Origin: Campylobacterales bacterium
Lineage (GTDB): Bacteria > Campylobacterota > Campylobacteria > Campylobacterales > JALSKU01
Length of the DNA: 55,730 nt
Reading direction: 5' to 3'
Assembly: GCA_027065125.1 (NCBI GenBank)
Contig: JAMOOV010000046.1
Span: 1 to 55,730, forward strand
This document shows, piece by piece, positions 52,352 to 55,730 of the stretch. Position numbers and translations under genes: made by a program. Position 1 is the first letter of the stretch. The number at the start of each line of letters is the position of its first letter. The notes beneath the pieces were generated by a model, which did not search any database, was not told the DNA's origin, and saw nothing but the letters and a program-made list of their open reading frames with translations.

Positions 52352-55300
52352 ATGAGTAAAAAATTTGCGACAATTGATGGAAACGAAGCGGTTGCGAGAG
52401 TAGCCCATAAGATAAATGAGGTTATCTCGATATACCCTATTACACCGTCATCTCCAATGGCTGAGCTTAGTGATGTCTATTCGACTAAAGGTGAAAAAAA
52501 TATTTTCGGCACCGTTCCTTTGATAATGGAGATGCAAAGTGAAGGCGGAGCGAGTGCTACGGCTCACGGATCTATCCAAGCGGGTTCTTTGACGACAACC
52601 TTTACGGCTTCACAGGGTCTTTTGCTGATGATCCCTACGATGTATAAGATAGCCGGAGAGTTAACGCCGACCGTTTTTCATGTGGCTTCAAGGTCTCTTG
52701 CGGCTCAAGCACTTTCGATTTTCGGAGATCATCAGGATGTTATGGCGGTAAGGCAGACAGGATTTGCCCTTCTTAGCTCCAACTCCGTTCAGGAGGCTCA
52801 CGATTTTGCTCTCATATCTCAAGCCGCCACACTTGAGTCAAGGATACCTTTCGTACACTTTTTCGACGGTTTTAGGACTTCTCATGAGGTAAATAAGATA
52901 GAACTTCTTAATGAAGAGATTATGAAGAAAATGATAGATATGAAGTTTGTAAAAGCCCATAGAAAAAGAGCTCTAAATCCGGACAATCCATTCATAAGAG
53001 GAACTTCTCAAAATCCCGATGTCTATTTTCAAGGTAGAGAAACGGTCAATAAATATTATGACGAAGTTGCTAAAATATTGCAAAAAAATATGGACAAATT
53101 TGCCGAGCTAACAGGCAGAGAGTATAAAGTTTACGAATATCACGGAGCAAAAGATGCTAAAAAAGTGATAGTCATTATGGGTTCTGCTACCGAAGCTACC
53201 GAAGAGACGGTCGAATATCTTGTAAACAAAGGTGAAAAAGTAGGAGTTATTAAAGCAAGACTTTTCAATCCTTTTGATAGAGAGCTTTTTGTCAAAGCAT
53301 TACCTAAAACGGTGGAGAAGATAGCGGTTCTTGATAGGACAAAAGAGCCCGGAGCCGTCGGAGAGCCTATGTATCTTAGTGTTATCGGAGCTTTAAGTGA
53401 AATGAATGAGATGGGTGAGCTTGATTTTGATATGCCGAAGGTTGTCGGAGGCAGATACGGTCTTTCATCTAAAGAGTTTACACCTGCGATGATAAAGGGT
53501 ATATTTGACGAACTTGAAAAAGATAGACCTAAAAATCACTTTACGGTCGGTATCGTAGATGATGTAACACATACTAGCATTGAGTATGACGATAACTTTA
53601 CGATAGACGATCAAGATACTTTCAAAGCGGTATTTTTCGGTCTCGGAAGCGACGGAACGGTCGGAGCCAATAAAAACAGCATCAAAATCATAGGAGAAGA
53701 GACACCAAACTATGCTCAAGGCTACTTTGTGTATGACTCCAAAAAAGCGGGTTCAGTTACAACTTCATTTTTGAGATTTGGACCAAAACCTATCAAATCG
53801 ACATATCTTATAAAAAGAGCCGATTTTGTCGCTTGTCATCAAGCGGTATTTTTGGAGAAATTCGAGATACTCAAATATGCTAAAGAGGGAGCTACTTTCC
53901 TTTTAAATACTCCATATTCCAAAGATGAGGTTTGGGACAGATTGCCAAGAAAAGTGCAAGAGGAGATGATAGAGAAAAAGTTGAAATTTTATGTCATAGA
54001 CGGTTATAGTGTTGCCAAAAAAAGCAACATGGGAGCAAGGATCAATACCGTAATGCAAACATGTTTCTTTGCAATTTCCGGTATTTTGCCAAAAGATGAA
54101 GCTATCAAAAAGATAAAAGAGGCGATACATAAAACTTACGGCAAAAAGGGCGATAAGATAGTGCAGATGAACTATCAAGCGGTCGATAACACTTTGGCAA
54201 ACCTCTATGAAGTTATCGTTCCTGAGAAGATAACAAGCAACATACCTTTAGAGCCGGTTATCAAAGGTGAAAATTTACCTGAATTCGTGCAAAAAATTAC
54301 CAAAACCCTTATCGAAGGAAAAGGTGATGAATTGCCGGTAAGTGCGATGCCGGCGGATGGAACTTGGCCAAGCGGTACTACTCAGTATGAAAAGAGAAAT
54401 GTAGGGCTTGAAGTTCCGGTTTGGGATCCGGATACTTGTATCCAGTGCAACGAATGTGTCTATGTATGCCCTCATAGTGCTATCAGATCAAAATTGATAG
54501 AGGATGAGAGTCTTGCTATTTTGCCGGAGGGATTTAAAACGGCAAATGCTAAAGGCAAAGATTTTAAAGGGTTGAAATTTACCATACAAGTTTCTGTGGA
54601 GGATTGTACCGGATGTACTTTGTGTGTCGAGGTTTGTCCGGCCAAAAACAAACAAAACCCCGAACTAAAAGCTATCAATATGCACGAGCAGTTGCCTTTA
54701 AGGGAAGAGGGTGCGAGAAATTGGGATGCATTTATGAAGCTACCCAATTTCGACAGAAGCAAATTAAATCATGAAAAGATGAAAGAAGCCCAATTTCTTG
54801 AGCCTCTATTTGAATTTAGCGGAGCATGTCCGGGATGTGGTGAGACTCCATATATCAAACTTGCTAGTCAGCTTTTCGGAGATAGGATGCTTGTTTCTAA
54901 TGCTACCGGATGCTCCTCAATATACGGCGGAAACTTGCCGACTACTCCTTGGAAGAAAAATGCCGAGGGAAGAGGTCCTGCTTGGATAAATTCGCTTTTT
55001 GAGGATAATGCCGAGTTTGGACTTGGAATGAGACTTACGATAGACAAACATCAAGAGTTGGCTATAGAGTTGCTAAAGGGATTGAAAGAGAGAGTTGATG
55101 CATCTTTGGCAGATGAGATCATAAATGCAAAACAGTATACCGAAGAGGAGATAAATGCTCAAAGAGAAAGAGTTGCGAAGCTAAAAGAGAGATTGAAAGA
55201 GATAGATAGCGAAGATGCGAATACTTTGCTTGATGTTGCCGATTATCTTGTGAAAAAATCCGTTTGGATTATTGGCGGTGACGGTTGGGCTTACGATATA

Positions 55301-55730
55301 GGATATGGTGGACTTGACCATGTGCTTTCAACCGGCAAAAATGTCAATATATTGGTGCTTGATACACAAGTGTATTCCAATACCGGCGGACAGCAGTCAA
55401 AAGCGACTATGACCGGAGCGGTTGCCAAGTTTGCAGCGGGAGGAAAAGCTGCGATGCCGAAAGATTTGGCAATGATGGCGATAGCTTACGAAAATGTCTA
55501 TGTAGCAAGAGTTGCAATGGGAGCAAACAGTAAGCAAACAGTCAAAGCTTTTATGGAGGCTGAGAAATATGACGGAGTTTCGCTTATCATAGCCTATTCT
55601 CAATGTGTTGCTCATGGATACGATATGAGATACGGCATGGATCATCAAAAATTGGCGGTTGATTGCGGATTGTGGCCGATATTTAGATACAACCCCGATC
55701 TTTTAAAAGAGGGTAAAAATCCTATGATTT
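52352..55730 (+). CDS. nifJ: Pyruvate:ferredoxin/flavodoxin oxidoreductase, single-chain (3' end outside window)
   Basis: Own translation: MSKKFATIDGNEAVA..IYPITPSS, EMQSEGGA, TTFTASQGLLLM, CIQCNECVYVCP, CTGCTLCVEVCP, GACPGCGE, GGDGWAYDIG. Confidence 0.95.
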   Translation, partial: MSKKFATIDGNEAVARVAHKINEVISIYPITPSSPMAELSDVYSTKGEKNIFGTVPLIMEMQSEGGASATAHGSIQAGSLTTTFTASQGLLLMIPTMYKIAGELTPTVFHVASRSLAAQALSIFGDHQDVMAVRQTGFALLSSNSVQEAHDFALISQAATLESRIPFVHFFDGFRTSHEVNKIELLNEEIMKKMIDMKFVKAHRKRALNPDNPFIRGTSQNPDVYFQGRETVNKYYDEVAKILQKNMDKFAELTGREYKVYEYHGAKDAKKVIVIMGSATEATEETVEYLVNKGEKVGVIKARLFNPFDRELFVKALPKTVEKIAVLDRTKEPGAVGEPMYLSVIGALSEMNEMGELDFDMPKVVGGRYGLSSKEFTPAMIKGIFDELEKDRPKNHFTVGIVDDVTHTSIEYDDNFTIDDQDTFKAVFFGLGSDGTVGANKNSIKIIGEETPNYAQGYFVYDSKKAGSVTTSFLRFGPKPIKSTYLIKRADFVACHQAVFLEKFEILKYAKEGATFLLNTPYSKDEVWDRLPRKVQEEMIEKKLKFYVIDGYSVAKKSNMGARINTVMQTCFFAISGILPKDEAIKKIKEAIHKTYGKKGDKIVQMNYQAVDNTLANLYEVIVPEKITSNIPLEPVIKGENLPEFVQKITKTLIEGKGDELPVSAMPADGTWPSGTTQYEKRNVGLEVPVWDPDTCIQCNECVYVCPHSAIRSKLIEDESLAILPEGFKTANAKGKDFKGLKFTIQVSVEDCTGCTLCVEVCPAKNKQNPELKAINMHEQLPLREEGARNWDAFMKLPNFDRSKLNHEKMKEAQFLEPLFEFSGACPGCGETPYIKLASQLFGDRMLVSNATGCSSIYGGNLPTTPWKKNAEGRGPAWINSLFEDNAEFGLGMRLTIDKHQELAIELLKGLKERVDASLADEIINAKQYTEEEINAQRERVAKLKERLKEIDSEDANTLLDVADYLVKKSVWIIGGDGWAYDIGYGGLDHVLSTGKNVNILVLDTQVYSNTGGQQSKATMTGAVAKFAAGGKAAMPKDLAMMAIAYENVYVARVAMGANSKQTVKAFMEAEKYDGVSLIIAYSQCVAHGYDMRYGMDHQKLAVDCGLWPIFRYNPDLLKEGKNPMI

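Noticed and set aside
1-55730. CRISPR arrays, tRNA/rRNA genes, transposases, dif site
   Set aside because: None recognised; intergenic gaps are short and lack regular repeats or cloverleaf motifs.

Overview
AT-rich chromosomal segment of a Campylobacterota (Epsilonproteobacteria) bacterium, judged from gene order (HP0268-like/miaB/DUF374/pilMNO-like; cheY-prmA-ftsH-psd-like-pssA; prfB without frameshift). It is mostly core genome: moeB (partial), nusA, miaB, a XerC/D-like recombinase, tilS, rimO, panC, prfB, dnaX, murI, rho, ccoI/ccoS, cytochrome c553, hisH/hisA, leuA and a partial single-chain PFOR. A ~21 kb LPS/LOS locus (about 20.2-41.1 kb) carries ADP-heptose genes, rmlABC without rmlD, two O-acetylation systems, waaL, several glycosyltransferases, lpxL and an embedded MNT-HEPN toxin-antitoxin pair. 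The best candidates for new biology are at 47.9-52.3 kb: (1) an unannotated 29-codon leader ORF with four tandem Leu codons, its own -10 box and SD, directly upstream of leuA, with no intrinsic terminator but a C-rich/G-poor tract (possible Rho-dependent leucine attenuation); (2) a ~96-nt nested palindromic element; (3) an apparent two-gene operon pairing a eukaryote-type arginine (phosphagen) kinase with an atypical CLC anion transporter. No rRNA, tRNA, CRISPR array or transposase was recognised. All calls come from reading motifs by eye; no searches were run.
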